A DNA stretch of 60,983 nt, filler included, from Dimargaris cristalligena (Eukaryota): NCBI GenBank assembly GCA_003614675.1. It is 14 parts of 14 records of this genome, joined end to end, with 100 filler letters (N's around TTAATTAATTAA, not from the genome) between each part and the next. Parts side by side here need not be neighbours in the genome. Positions count along the whole stretch, not along the records: positions 48,056 to 52,303 come from ML003813.1; positions 52,404 to 56,644 come from ML003814.1; positions 56,745 to 60,983 come from ML003815.1; 11 more parts are not named here. The stretch is one strand, 5' to 3'. The notes beneath the pieces are model-generated. The model did no database searches. It was not told the DNA's origin and was given only the letters and a program-made list of their open reading frames with translations. The position numbers and the translations under genes are program-made. The stretch's first letter is position 1. Each line of letters opens with the position of its first letter. Shown piece after piece: positions 47,956 through 59,800 of this stretch.

Positions 47956-49909
47956 NNNNNNNNNNNNNNNNNNNNNNNNNNNNNNNNNNNNNNNNNNNNT
48001 TAATTAATTAANNNNNNNNNNNNNNNNNNNNNNNNNNNNNNNNNNNNNNNNNNNNCCTGGTGTTATATCTGAGAGAAAAAAACGCGACTTTCGATACTAA
48101 ATTGATCAGCTGCGCTTGCCATTTTTAAAGTTTGGGATACGAGTGCTCCCAGTTCAATCTTTTGGTGTTCCCAGCTACAATCTCTGGATGACCATGAGCC
48201 GGCCGGTTGTTCGTCACTCATACCATTGATAAATAGTGGTTTCTTCATTCAGATGACCTTATAGATAACATGGGGAAGTACTACTTTACCACCAGTGAAC
48301 CTTTACGGCCTAGGTAATCATCGACATGGTACAATTTTAGAGATACGCCTTGATCAGCAGTTCAATATCGATTTTACTGTGGGTTCTGGGAATACTATAC
48401 AATTTGATTAGTCGCCGTTATAAATTGGCAGTAGGTGCGATGTCTATTACATGGCTAGCATACTCGCAGTCTGTTCAATCTCCACCATCACTTTTAAAGT
48501 GCATTTACTATGTCGCCCCTTTTTTTACCACTTGGAATTGGTAAATTAGGCTGTTGGCTTTGTGCCCACTGTTATTAGATAACGCAGCTCCATAACAACT
48601 TTAGAATGAGGTGTCGGTAACTTTTATCGAATTAAGCGATAGTTTCCCAGTGTTGTAACTTAATGTATCGACACTTAGATACCACGCAATCTTCCCATTA
48701 GGAAGCACCAGCCATCATTATCACCAGTCGGGCGTGTTCAACGGATATCAATGCAAGTGTACTTTAGATCCCAAAGTACCCCACCCCCTGTGGATCTAGT
48801 CGATATAATTCTCGAAGTGGAATGTAGTGTGTATCGTTGAAGGATTTAAAAGAAGTATGATCAACCTGAAAGTAAAGATAGTCTTAGGGGATAGTCGGGC
48901 CTAGATTTGTTAAGAAGAGCAGCGGACTTTCCGTTTGAGCGACCAACTGGGATTACGCCCTATGTAGCCCAATCCACGATTCGATACCTAGGCAGCTGAT
49001 AAACTGGCCAACCCCCCAATATTCATATGCTCTTGCCAGGTATCCGCGGTTACCCTATACTATAGGGTGGTGTATCGGGCCTTGGCCTTTTTAATATATC
49101 CACATAATATTACACTCCAATTAACTACCAGCATGGAACCGGACCTGGTTCCAGATATAGCAATGTGATTTTAGCTACGGAGTGAATACCTAATGCCTCA
49201 AACTGCACACTATCTTCCAAAGAATGTTCCCTGGGACTGCCTTGATAGGCCAAGCCTTTCACCCTTCGCCTTCTTTAGTCTTCGGTGCGGGGGAGGCCGC
49301 TGGATAGGCGTCATTGGTTATGGTTGCCGACGACTAGTCCCGCACGAGTGTGGGGAAGGGGTACTTGGCTCTATCCACTACTCGACCTACCCCGCCCTAT
49401 ACCATATCCAACAAACGCTGCTAATGTCTAAATATCCATCACAGGATCTAGTCATTAAGCCAACTGTGAAGCAATTTAGGCTGGGTCTGCATCAATGATA
49501 GTCTGGCTATTTGGCCGGCTGCATGGCGGAAGTCCGCTAAACGGCGGGCATCCGTATGATCTTGGCCTGCCCTAGGGCTTTAATCGGCTGTTTGTATTAG
49601 TGGAATGCCGCTTTGGGGAAAGGGCCCAAACCACTCCATGGCCTGATTGGTCTTTTGGTGTTACTCTATTGGTGGGAGACGACGTAACCCCGACATTAGA
49701 TGTCCCCTTTCCCTCAGTTCCTTGAGGCCCTTAAAGGCGGTGCTATCCGCTGCCCCCACTTGGCCGGTACTCTATACTACCTCACCTTGCTCTCCCCTTT
49801 TGGCTGGTTAACTCTTTATCCGTTCCACTTTACTCTACTCTTGCCCATTATTGTACGTCGACTGCCCCCGTCCCATTCCCCCCGTTTACTAACCCCTCAC
49901 CCGTCCACC

Positions 49910-50705
49910 ATGTCTGCCCAGCGTGAGTTCCTTACACTGACTTCTCCCATTGCTCCGGTCAGCGAGTTTCTTCCACCCCTTTGAAGTGCCCAGTCCACTG
50001 GTGGTAATGAGCGCCTGGGCTAACCATATTCTTATCGTATATTCATGTACACTCCTACTAACTGTTAGCCGCCACTGTCTCCAACAACGCCCCTTCTCAG
50101 CCTAAGGAGCAGAGCAATGAAGAGCAGGGTCGTTTTATGGTAGTGTTCAAGCCCGATACCCCCGACGAGGTCGTTAAGCAGTCTATTGCTGACGTTGAGA
50201 AGCAGGGTAAGCAGTCCCTCACCACACAGGGCGGTCTATGTTTACGAGTGGTATTATAGCCAAGTGCCTGAGTTCTCCCCACCATATCCCCCCCCCCCAA
50301 TCCATTGTGCTATTGCGTCCGTTGGCATTAGATATTACACACATCTCTAATACCATGCTTGCCCTATGTGTTTTTCGGTTCATTTATATTCACATGGTCT
50401 TAGGCGGTACAATTCACCATGAGTTCAGTAGTTTGATGAAGGGCTACTCCGCCACTCTTCCCACCGGCTTCTTTGGTAAGTGCAGTCTGGCTAGTTATAC
50501 CTAGTGGCTTTGTCTGTTGCCCCCATCGTAGTTCCCTCAGTAATCTCCCTTTGCTTAACCCTCTTACTCACCTTGTAATTTATATTGAATCTACACCCCT
50601 GTCTTGGTGGCTATATATGTTATCCCCTGCACCTCACTAGCCCAACTCCAGGGCCACGAACACGTCAACTTTATCGAGCCCGACCAGACGGTGACCACCC
50701 AGTAG
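49910..50705 (+). CDS. Peptidase inhibitor I9 (subtilisin-propeptide-like, POIA1/Pbi2 type), 4 exons, 95 aa
   Basis: Exons 49910-49922, 50069-50206, 50404-50475 and 50641-50705, donors GTGAGT/GTAAGC/GTAAGT, TAG acceptors. Product MSAQPATV...RFMVVFKPDTPDEVVKQSIADVEKQGGTIHHEFSSLMKGYSATLPTGFFAQLQGHEHVNFIEPDQTVTTQ. Confidence 0.92.
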
Positions 50706-51698
50706 ACTCCCAGGCAATCCAATCAATCGCTGTGTCTTTTGAACCTCTAATAGGAAACTGGCCCATGACCTTCTCTCCCAATATGGTGTCTTGATTTCCA
50801 CATTAGATATTTTGCCTATAGCTTTACCGAATGAGCCTGGTTTCCGGACGGCCTCTTTTTGTTTTTATTATCCATACGACTTCCTTGTACCATTTAAAAT
50901 GTATCTCCATGTATCAGTGCCCAGTGCCATTTGGCGTATACATACATATAACACTTGAAAAAAATGTTGAATATTTCTCGCTGCTATTTGCTAGCTTTTG
51001 GGGGGTTGAATTGGGCCACTGGCTATTGCACTCTCACCTGCTGGTCACGCCTTCACCCCCACGAGCTATATACCGTTCGGAATAAAGTGCCATCTATCCC
51101 CTCTTCTCTTGTATCCCAGAATCTTCGGTGGGGAATATTGGCCAGTGAATATCCTCTATGTGAGTGAGGCCACCCACTTGTTCCAGCGGAATCGTGGTGG
51201 TGAGCTACAATGGGTAGTATATCCCCCGGAATGGGGGGTTCTTGCCAAACAATACGTCACGATGATTAATTCAACGGGGACACAGCCCACCCCGCGTGCC
51301 AAGACGATTTTGTGCACATAACTATTGATTGTAGCAGCAGCATATACGCAATGCCTCGTAAAGCGGGGCGGTGTTTCTGGTCCAAAGTTGACACTTGCAC
51401 AAGTCCTAACTGCTGGACCAGCCATGTAGGGACCAGCGCTGCTATTTCCCTTTGCTGCCTGTTCCTTTAATACTCCGAATTCCTTTATCCAATAGCGGCC
51501 TGAACTGAATCGTGTCTGATTTTGGACAATACCTCTGAATTCCCTTAGAAATCGGGGCACCGAATTTGTCGGGTCCACTGGTCTAGTCCATTTCTCTCGT
51601 GAATTCCCTCATCCGCCTAGTAGTCTCCACCACCACCGCCGCCTCCTCCTCTCTACTGGCAGGTGATACCCCCCATTTCGCTCCAGCTTCATTCCCAG

Positions 51699-52210
51699 AT
51701 GGGTGACCCACCGGCGGCTTCTTCACCCTCCGTCCCTCGACCCAGCCCATCCGCCACATTCACCGATGCCGCGTCCGGCCGATCCTCGCCTTTCCGCGGG
51801 CAGCCCCCCAAACTGCTGGCCACCCATAGCAGCTCCAGCAGCACCCTGGCCGAACCTGCGGTGGGCACCACCGTAGTCCATGCCCAAGGCCGGCCATTGA
51901 GCCCGACCAATCGCCCCCCCGAGTTTGGTAAAATGCATCTCTTCGCCCTTCGGCTGTTACTCAATGTACCCGTCAAACGACCGTATCTTATCCTTACTCT
52001 GGGTGACCAGGTGTTTCAAACCTCCGTATCGGACCGGGCCACCGGGGAGTGGAACGAAGGGTTTGAATTCCTCATTACCTACCACACCCAGCTTTTCGGA
52101 ACCTGCCAGCTCGACCTGTGGGACTCGGTCACCCTGCTGCCTGACCGCCACATTGGGCGGGCCGAAATTAAACTGGCCCTTCTCGATGGGCTACCTGCGG
52201 ACTTTACTAG
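51699..52210 (+). CDS. C2-domain protein, first exon, truncated
   Basis: RPYLILTLGDQVFQTSV..GEWNEGFEF..QLDLWDS..DRHIGRAEI, followed by a GTAATT donor at 52211. Confidence 0.8.
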
Positions 52211-52403
52211 GTAATTCAACCATGCTCATGTTTTATACCCATTGTTAACCCTTATGTATACTGGTACTTGGTGGCGTGTGGGAATACCTCTTGCTTAGAA
52301 AGGNNNNNNNNNNNNNNNNNNNNNNNNNNNNNNNNNNNNNNNNNNNNTTAATTAATTAANNNNNNNNNNNNNNNNNNNNNNNNNNNNNNNNNNNNNNNNN
52401 NNN

Positions 52404-53438
52404 AGCAGCGGTTCCCAGAGCTGGACCAGCGTCGGATGGACTTGTAGATCGGGGTACGAGGAGCGCTCCAGTTTGGTCAAAGGCACTAGGTAGCCGGTCT
52501 CCAAAAGAATGGGGATCAGCGATTGGTTGATGACGTCGGTGGTCAGACTTTCGGCAATGGCCTGGGCGGACCGGAACGCTTCGGCGCTCCCTTCGAAGTA
52601 CGCTTCCTGGGAGCGGGTGGTGGCGGCGTCGGGGTTTTCCATAAAGGCCAGCTGGTGTTCCCGGTAGGTGTCCAGCAGACCCCGTAACAAGGCCCGGTCC
52701 TCGGATATCGAGCGGGGCATCTGGCATTGCCAGTAGTCCGTGCGTAGCCACTCGAGGGCCTTGAGGCAGCCCTTGCGAAGCTGGAACAGCGGCGGTAGTT
52801 CCTCGTGGGTGGCCGAATGGCGCAAATCGACGAACCAGTTGGGCATCCCCAGCCGGATGGAAATATTGGCGGTGGACTGGGCGTAAAGGCCCTTTTGTTC
52901 GGAATCGACCACTCCGTTGAAGAACCGCACAAAGGTCATCGCGTAGAGGTGGCGCATTTGGTCCCCTGAAGGTGCCCCGGGGCCGGGGTGGTCGTGTAGT
53001 TGGGCCTCGACAAGGCTAGCGGTGGCTTCTACGGCGAGGGGCAGTCGGCAGCGGCTGGCCCAAGCTTTCACCTACCAAGATAGAAGGTGGTATAGATCAT
53101 GTCGGTTAGAAATAATTGGTTATATATTGAAGTTGAATGGTGAGCAAATGGCTAAGACGTTAAAAACACCGCGGCTTTAGTAGTTGCGTATAAACTGGGT
53201 ATATATTATCACTGAAGCAAAAGCAAGGTGCGCCTGGCGTTAGTCACCTCAACTGGAAATGCCGTGCTGGTACCTAGGGTCGACATATCCCTCCAGTTCC
53301 AGGCCTGTGGCCCCTACTTACTCGTTTAACCCCGAGGGCCTGCTTTTGGCGACACGGGGGGGTTGGGTAGAGCCATTCGTACACGTTCATGAGTTCCTGG
53401 TTAGTGGTCCAGGGTACCACCCGGGCTGACTGCGACAT
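52404..53438 (-). CDS. LAS1: Las1 pre-rRNA ITS2 endoribonuclease (HEPN), 3'-truncated
   Basis: Exon 1 at 53438-53322 (MSQSARVVPWTTNQEL..KR) with GTAAGT donor; exon 2 from 53071: VKAW..LPLAVEATA, YAMTFVRFFNGVVD, PNWFVDLRHSATHEELP (RxxxxH). Confidence 0.95.
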
Positions 53439-55879
53439 GCTGGATGCTTAACAACTAAGGGGAATTGGGAATGAGAGTCGGTTCGTCAAGAATGAGCACC
53501 GGAAGAAATTAGACGGGTAATTCCGAACCCTTCTAATTCGGCTAATGCCTATCTGTTGGTTTTTTTTATGTTCACTATAATTTGATGGTTGTGGTATGAC
53601 TTGGATATAAAATACCCCGCCTAAAGTAGAGTCTAAGTGGGCGAACTAGGGGAAAGCGGATTTGTCCAATCCAATGACATAAGAGTAAAGTCTATGATTT
53701 AATAATGTACGCGAAGCCGCGCGGATCACGTGACCTTTAGTAACCTAACCTTAAGGCCCTTGAACTGTGCCCATTACCAGTTACTTGGTAGCGCATTAGT
53801 ACAGTGTGGGTTAAGCCCATTTCATAAAAGGTTGGGACTGATGAAAAAGACGGCAGAATGTTAAGGACCAGGGTTAGGACTGGGGATTACGATGATGATA
53901 TGGGCATTCCTATTATCCAATTGTGTCTGGGTTTAACCAGTGTGGCAAAGGTGCTTAGCTATTGTTTTATAACCATACTATTGCTACCTAATTGTTCAAC
54001 CCCAAATACTACCCCGCTTGTGGGGAGAGGGGACGCGCTACAATGCAGCAATAGAGGTACGCGTGCCCATTTATATCTGGTCAGCATAAGAGGTTGTGCT
54101 ATATTCCAGCACTTAAGCTAGACGAGGGGCTGGGCGGAATGATTTGAATATATCGCCAACCACAAAAGCAAAGTCAATGATGTCACCCCGCCCCGGCGCC
54201 TGACCAACTCGGCCCAAACAGCCAAAGAGCAGAGTGGCCCAGAAGTGGGCCCCTTAAATAAAGCGGCAATTGAAGAACTCCGAACCCAATTAATTCAACA
54301 AAGGCTAAATTGCTAATAATCTTCAAACAATAAACCGACGTCTATTCCTTTTGATTAATTTTTAAGGGCCAGCCTGGGGCCTAATGTAAGACTGATAGTC
54401 AAAGTCACCCAGTCCAATGGAGACTGTCCCGCCCAAATAGCCTCCGGTATAAAGGAAGGGGACAGGGCAGATATTATATTAGGAATGGTGCTATAGCGCC
54501 ATCACCCCAAAACTCAGCATTAGATCCTCATGAACTTTGAGCTGGCCTAAAGTTGCCAGCCAGACAGCAACCCTTCAACCTGCAGGGATTTCTTAAATGA
54601 CGGGCTGGGAAGAGCCAAGCAGGCCTTGGTAATCCCCCAAAGAAGGGGGGTTAGTAGTGTGGCTTTGGGCCGGCCGGCTACACCGCTCTCCAACGCACGC
54701 GCCTTGGCCCGGATGTTGAAATCCCCTAGAACGCCAACTAATTGTAGTGGGACGCTGACACCACCCCGCAGGTCCTGCCTGGCATGAACCGCCTATTCAG
54801 CCACTTACTTGGTTTGGCGTTAATAGATGGGAACTACCCATTCGCTGCTTTACACCAGGCGCAGCCTCTCTGGCCAGTTTTAATCGAACCATCGGGTATG
54901 CCATAGATACCTACTGGTAAGTGCAGAGTGGTAGGCACACCGGGTATACTAGTTGGCTCGCGAGTTGGTGGGTCCGGGGCGATTAGTTCAAAATAGACCG
55001 AGTGACCCGTGAACTGGTCCGGTAGTAGCCTCTCCCCTTCTACCCATGGACTAAGGGTTACAGGGTGCCGCTGAACTCGACGCGGGGCCCAGAGCCCGTT
55101 GGATGAATGGCGGCCATTCGCGGAAGCCTGTTGAACCCAAAGCATTCTTTTAAAAATAAACAATGCAAAGGAGATGGGCATCCTAGACATCCTAAACCAC
55201 TACCACTCATGACTAATATTCCTGAGCGGAGGTGTCAGGTTTTGGGAATGCTAACAGCAGAAGAGCCCACTACATTAATAGGCGGCGTGGTGAACATCGT
55301 AAGGAGGGACTATGAACTGTAATACATTTATATTTATATTTAGCCGTCGCTCATTCTTTTACTGGTTCGGTCTCTACTTTGTTCGTTAGTGGCTAGGGCT
55401 TCTTTGGAATCCCCTTCCGCTGTTGTTTTGTTTCGAACTTTCTCTGTTCTCTCCTTCGGCTCTTTCAGGGTTAATGATAAAGTAGCCTGTAGTACTACCA
55501 CTACCTCCCACCAGTTCCGCTGTAAGGCACAGCCAACACTCTCTCGCATTCCTATTGTATTATTTTGACCCTGGTCTGGTCTGACTTGAACTGGCTGGTT
55601 CTCCCGCCATTCCGCGACTCTCTCTCTCTCTTTCCCCCGGTCTTTTATTTACCCTTTTCAATCTCTCTCTCTCTCTCTCTCCCTCTCACCTTCACCCTCT
55701 TCTTTCCCTATATGCACCGGCCTCCAGACATTCCTTTGAGTCTTCTCACTGCTTTCCTTCCCCCTTTTCCTTCCGCCTAGCCGACTGTTGCTTTAGTCTT
55801 GTCCATTAGCATATACTCCTTGGTTTGTTTCCCCCTTTTCTCACTTCCCATATTCCCTCCCCTTCCTCGCACCGTCACC

Positions 55880-56635
55880 ATGGGCGACAGCCCCAAGCAC
55901 AAAACCATGCTGACCCAGCTTACCGACCTGGACGACCACGACTTGGACGAACAGGCCGGCCTCTTCCTGCGACCCAACGACGTTACTCCAGGTCAGGCCT
56001 ACTCCGTCGAGTCCGACCCGAATGCCCCACTAGCCGCCCGTGAGGACGGCGGGGCCCACGACGACTACCAGCGCAGCAGTGCCTCGATTCCCGCCTCCCA
56101 GCCTAACGCCCGTACCGTGCACGCTACTCCCTTTTTCCAGCCCTCGCAGGTCTTCCCTGACATGATGGACATTGCCTCCATGGTGGACCGTAGCGCTGGT
56201 CTTTATAGCCCCAACGCCAGCCACCGGCTGTCCCGTCTCTCTACCTACGGCTGGAACGGCACCACCGCCTCGTCCATGTGCCTGAATCAGTATGCTCCGC
56301 CGTCCGTACCCGCCACACCGTCCACCACTCTTCCCCCGTCCGATCCCCCGCTCTTCCCACGTGTGACTTCCGTGCCTCAGTCCGAGGAGTCCCCCCACGA
56401 CAGCCCCTCCGACGATAAGACCTCCCAGTCACCCACCCCTTTTGAGCGGGACAGCTCCGTGTCCCTGGTCCAGGGCAAAATGGCCCTCTCCGACAATGAA
56501 AGTGCCGCTACCCTTATGCCCCCCTCCGAGGCCCCCGTCATTATTTCCTCGGCCCTGTCCCGGACCCCCGATGTCACTGGCAAGCGCCCCGGCCTCCACC
56601 CGCAACTGACGATTGGGATCGATGGGTTTGACTGA
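55880..56635 (+). CDS. Ser/Pro-rich hypothetical protein, probably incomplete
   Basis: CACCATGG start after long CT tracts, C-rich codon usage, stop 9 bp from the contig end. Confidence 0.55.
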   Translation: MGDSPKHKTMLTQLTDLDDHDLDEQAGLFLRPNDVTPGQAYSVESDPNAPLAAREDGGAHDDYQRSSASIPASQPNARTVHATPFFQPSQVFPDMMDIASMVDRSAGLYSPNASHRLSRLSTYGWNGTTASSMCLNQYAPPSVPATPSTTLPPSDPPLFPRVTSVPQSEESPHDSPSDDKTSQSPTPFERDSSVSLVQGKMALSDNESAATLMPPSEAPVIISSALSRTPDVTGKRPGLHPQLTIGIDGFD

Positions 56636-56744
56636 CGCTGCCATNNNNNNNNNNNNNNNNNNNNNNNNNNNNNNNNNNNNNNNNNNNNTTAATTAATTAA
56701 NNNNNNNNNNNNNNNNNNNNNNNNNNNNNNNNNNNNNNNNNNNN

Positions 56745-56848
56745 CCCTAACACTAGTAGCCCGCTTGGCCGTGTCCAACGCCCCGCCTACTGTTAGAAGC
56801 CTACCCCCGAGACTCTTGACGGACTAAGAGTGGTTAACTCGGGCGACA
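56745..56848 (+). mobile_element. 3' end of LTR family A, CpG-retaining copy
   Basis: ...GACGGACTAAGAGTGGTTAACTCGGGCGACA aligns with the other copies but keeps most CpGs. Confidence 0.88.
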
Positions 56849-59800
56849 AACCTGTTGACAGAAATGATAACAAGGGTGGCATAAAATAACTAGTGAATAC
56901 ATTAATGGACTGGGTGCTAAGATTGAGTAAATGGTAGATGAATCAGGATTAAAGCCAATTCCCTTAAGTATGGCCAATAACTGTGAGTGAGAAGTCTGTA
57001 AGATCCCTGGAGCCAGTATGTTCTGAAAAGTGGACACTCTTCACCAAGCCCACTCCCACAATGATAGTCTGTAGGCTGATAGTGGTGAAAACCATGTAAC
57101 TAGGAGCTCATCCCATATACTACCTGTAGAGTATCCAGCACAAACAAGTTACTACTCAGTGCCATATGATAGAAAATCATAGCAATGTTACCTCTGACAA
57201 TATTCTCCACACTCAGCAAGCAAGCATAGTGACCCAAGACCACCACACTAAAAATTAGGTCAGCAGGCCCTGTATGGTAGTATAATACTGTTGCTAACAT
57301 TACTCACAGAAGGGTTGAAAGGGCAACCCCATAGTCACCAACCAGTCTATTGATAAGGCTGGGGATGTGTACAGATTGCTCAACTGATCTACCAATCCCA
57401 GTATCACTTAGCTGCATATTGCGGAAGGTAGGGTAGTGATGTGCTTGCATGAATAGACTTAGCTCCTCAAACCTTGGGAAATAATAGGTGCCAAATGGCA
57501 CAATCTCACCATGATTGAGCTCAAAGGTATGGCCAAAGGATATGCAGTATGTTACAGTGTGAGGTAGCAACTTACCCGAATAGTGACAACAGATGCTTTT
57601 AAGTAGCAGCCCGGCAGACCAACCATCGAGCAAAGCATGGTGGACCCAGATTAGTCATTTGTGTATGTTTGGGGCCTTTCAGAAGAGTCCAAACCATATC
57701 CACAGCCAGTCTAAGGTGAATCCAGAATTTCACTCCTGAATGAAAAATTGGCCATATAGGAAGTATAAGTATGGTTGTCTTTCTAGCTTCTAATTGTCCA
57801 GTGCGCAGCAATGTCCTTAGTTATGACCTGTAGGATTTTTCCGGCATTGCATCAACTGGCAGTTAAGAAGTGAGTGCATTGGATGGAATTACCACAGACA
57901 GTTTGATTCCAGGCTCAATGGAGGTGACCAGCATGAAGACAACTATGAATGTTAAACCCAGTTGGATCATGTAAGTGGTCGGGTCCTGGAGGGTAGCAAA
58001 CAGTGGATCTTCCTGAGCTTGTAAACAAGGGCAAATATACCCTTAATCCCAACTAAGTTTGAAACTCAACAGGGGTAGGTTGTCCCGAACCCACTTGGAA
58101 AAATCGGAGTTAGTTAGTCCAGTCAATGAGCGGCCACTGGTTATCACAATGGATGATGCAGGAATGGACTTACATTAAAAAACGAGCTTATCAAAAAAAT
58201 GATGCCACTGACTAACTAGCTGTTGGATGGTATTCATTTGGTGTAGTTCATTGGAGTATATTACACTAAGCACGAGGCCCCTGTTGGCACTCTAGTTGCA
58301 GGCCATACTGAGTGCTCAGTTGAAGAACCCATTCTTGTTTCAGGAATTGGCCCACCCCATTTCAACCTGGCGAGGGTACCAAAGCACGTCCTGGGGCCTT
58401 CGACGGTTTGAACTGTCCAGAGAATCTGATTGTGATGTGGTTCCGGTCATTAGACAATTTCCTCAATGCTTCTGGAGAAGCCTGGTCAATTGAGGGCAAT
58501 CGTGGAGGCGGAGGGCCGCTGAGGTAGCACTGAAGATTATAGGGGAAACCATAGGCAAGGATTGAGTACATGCGCTGATTAGCAAGGGCCAGGGCATAAA
58601 GGGTGTTGTAATTCGCCAAGTAGGCTGATGTCAGGATTCAGGTCACACAAGGCTGAACAGGTGGAAGTAATCTGACCTCCCATATGACTACCATCAATAG
58701 CACAGACCCGGGTGCAACGACCAGGTCCTTTGCAATCGAACAGAAACACAGAAATTCCGAAAGTAGCTTATAGAGAGAGTAAATATGAAATTATTAGGAA
58801 TTCTTGAGGGGAGGTTCCCATAACTGGGGCTGCCGCAATATACTTGAAGTGGCAGGCAGAGCGGGGCGAACTGATACTAACTGAGTTTGAAATGTACGGT
58901 AGGTCATGGGGGGATATATCCATGTTGGTCACTCGTTGATGAGAGTGCATAGTGTAACGATATAAGGGTTTAGAGAGAACCTCACTTCGTTCGACGTCAA
59001 TGTTGTTGCTAAGACGAAGGTTTATTCAAAGTATAAGAAAATAATAGGTAAAAATAGGGAAATAAGTAGAAGAACTAAAATGGTGATGATGTAGAATGTT
59101 GAGGATTATGATGATTGTTGTTTTTCAATGTCCACCGAGGACGGTCTTTTTATAGGAATGGATATAGTTACTGAAAGCGAGACACGATTATGGCATGTTG
59201 TGGTGGGGCTGGGATACCCCGGAAGGATACAGAGCAGCGATGACTCAGACTGCTGAACAATAATTAGGGAGACGCGAAGGGACACATCAATAATATTATG
59301 TGCGTTAGACAAGGGGCGTAAAGCGTCACACATAGTCTAAGGGAATGGGATCAGCCAGCGTGGGTGACTCTGGCCAAAAGGAGTCAAATGAAGCCTGTGC
59401 AAAGAGGAGATTGGCCGTGTAAACATATTACTCACTATCCAGGGTCAACAAACCACATGACACTATAGACCCGTGTTAAATAGATATAGTATGCTGCTAT
59501 TGGCCATGGGCGAGTTCAAGTTGAATTCCAAGGACGTCCTGGTGGGCCATCAGAGTAAACAGGGCTTGGGTTGGAGCAATACGGGTCAAAGTTTAGCAGT
59601 ACTTGAGGATTATGGACTGGCAGGAATGGTTGATAAAATAATACTCCTACAAGGCAATGCGCTACGCAGTAGTAAACAGAATTGCTCCAGCAAGAACTAG
59701 GTACTGAATAGACGCCCGTATTTTCCTATTCGGTCAAATGGGCATAGTGTCATATCGTCGATAGCCGGGTATGCTTGAGAAAACCAGCTTTCAAAAGCTG

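Noticed and set aside
4297-56744. Regularly spaced TTAATTAATTAA repeats resembling an array
   Set aside because: Artificial six-frame stop linkers inside N spacers; not biological and not CRISPR.
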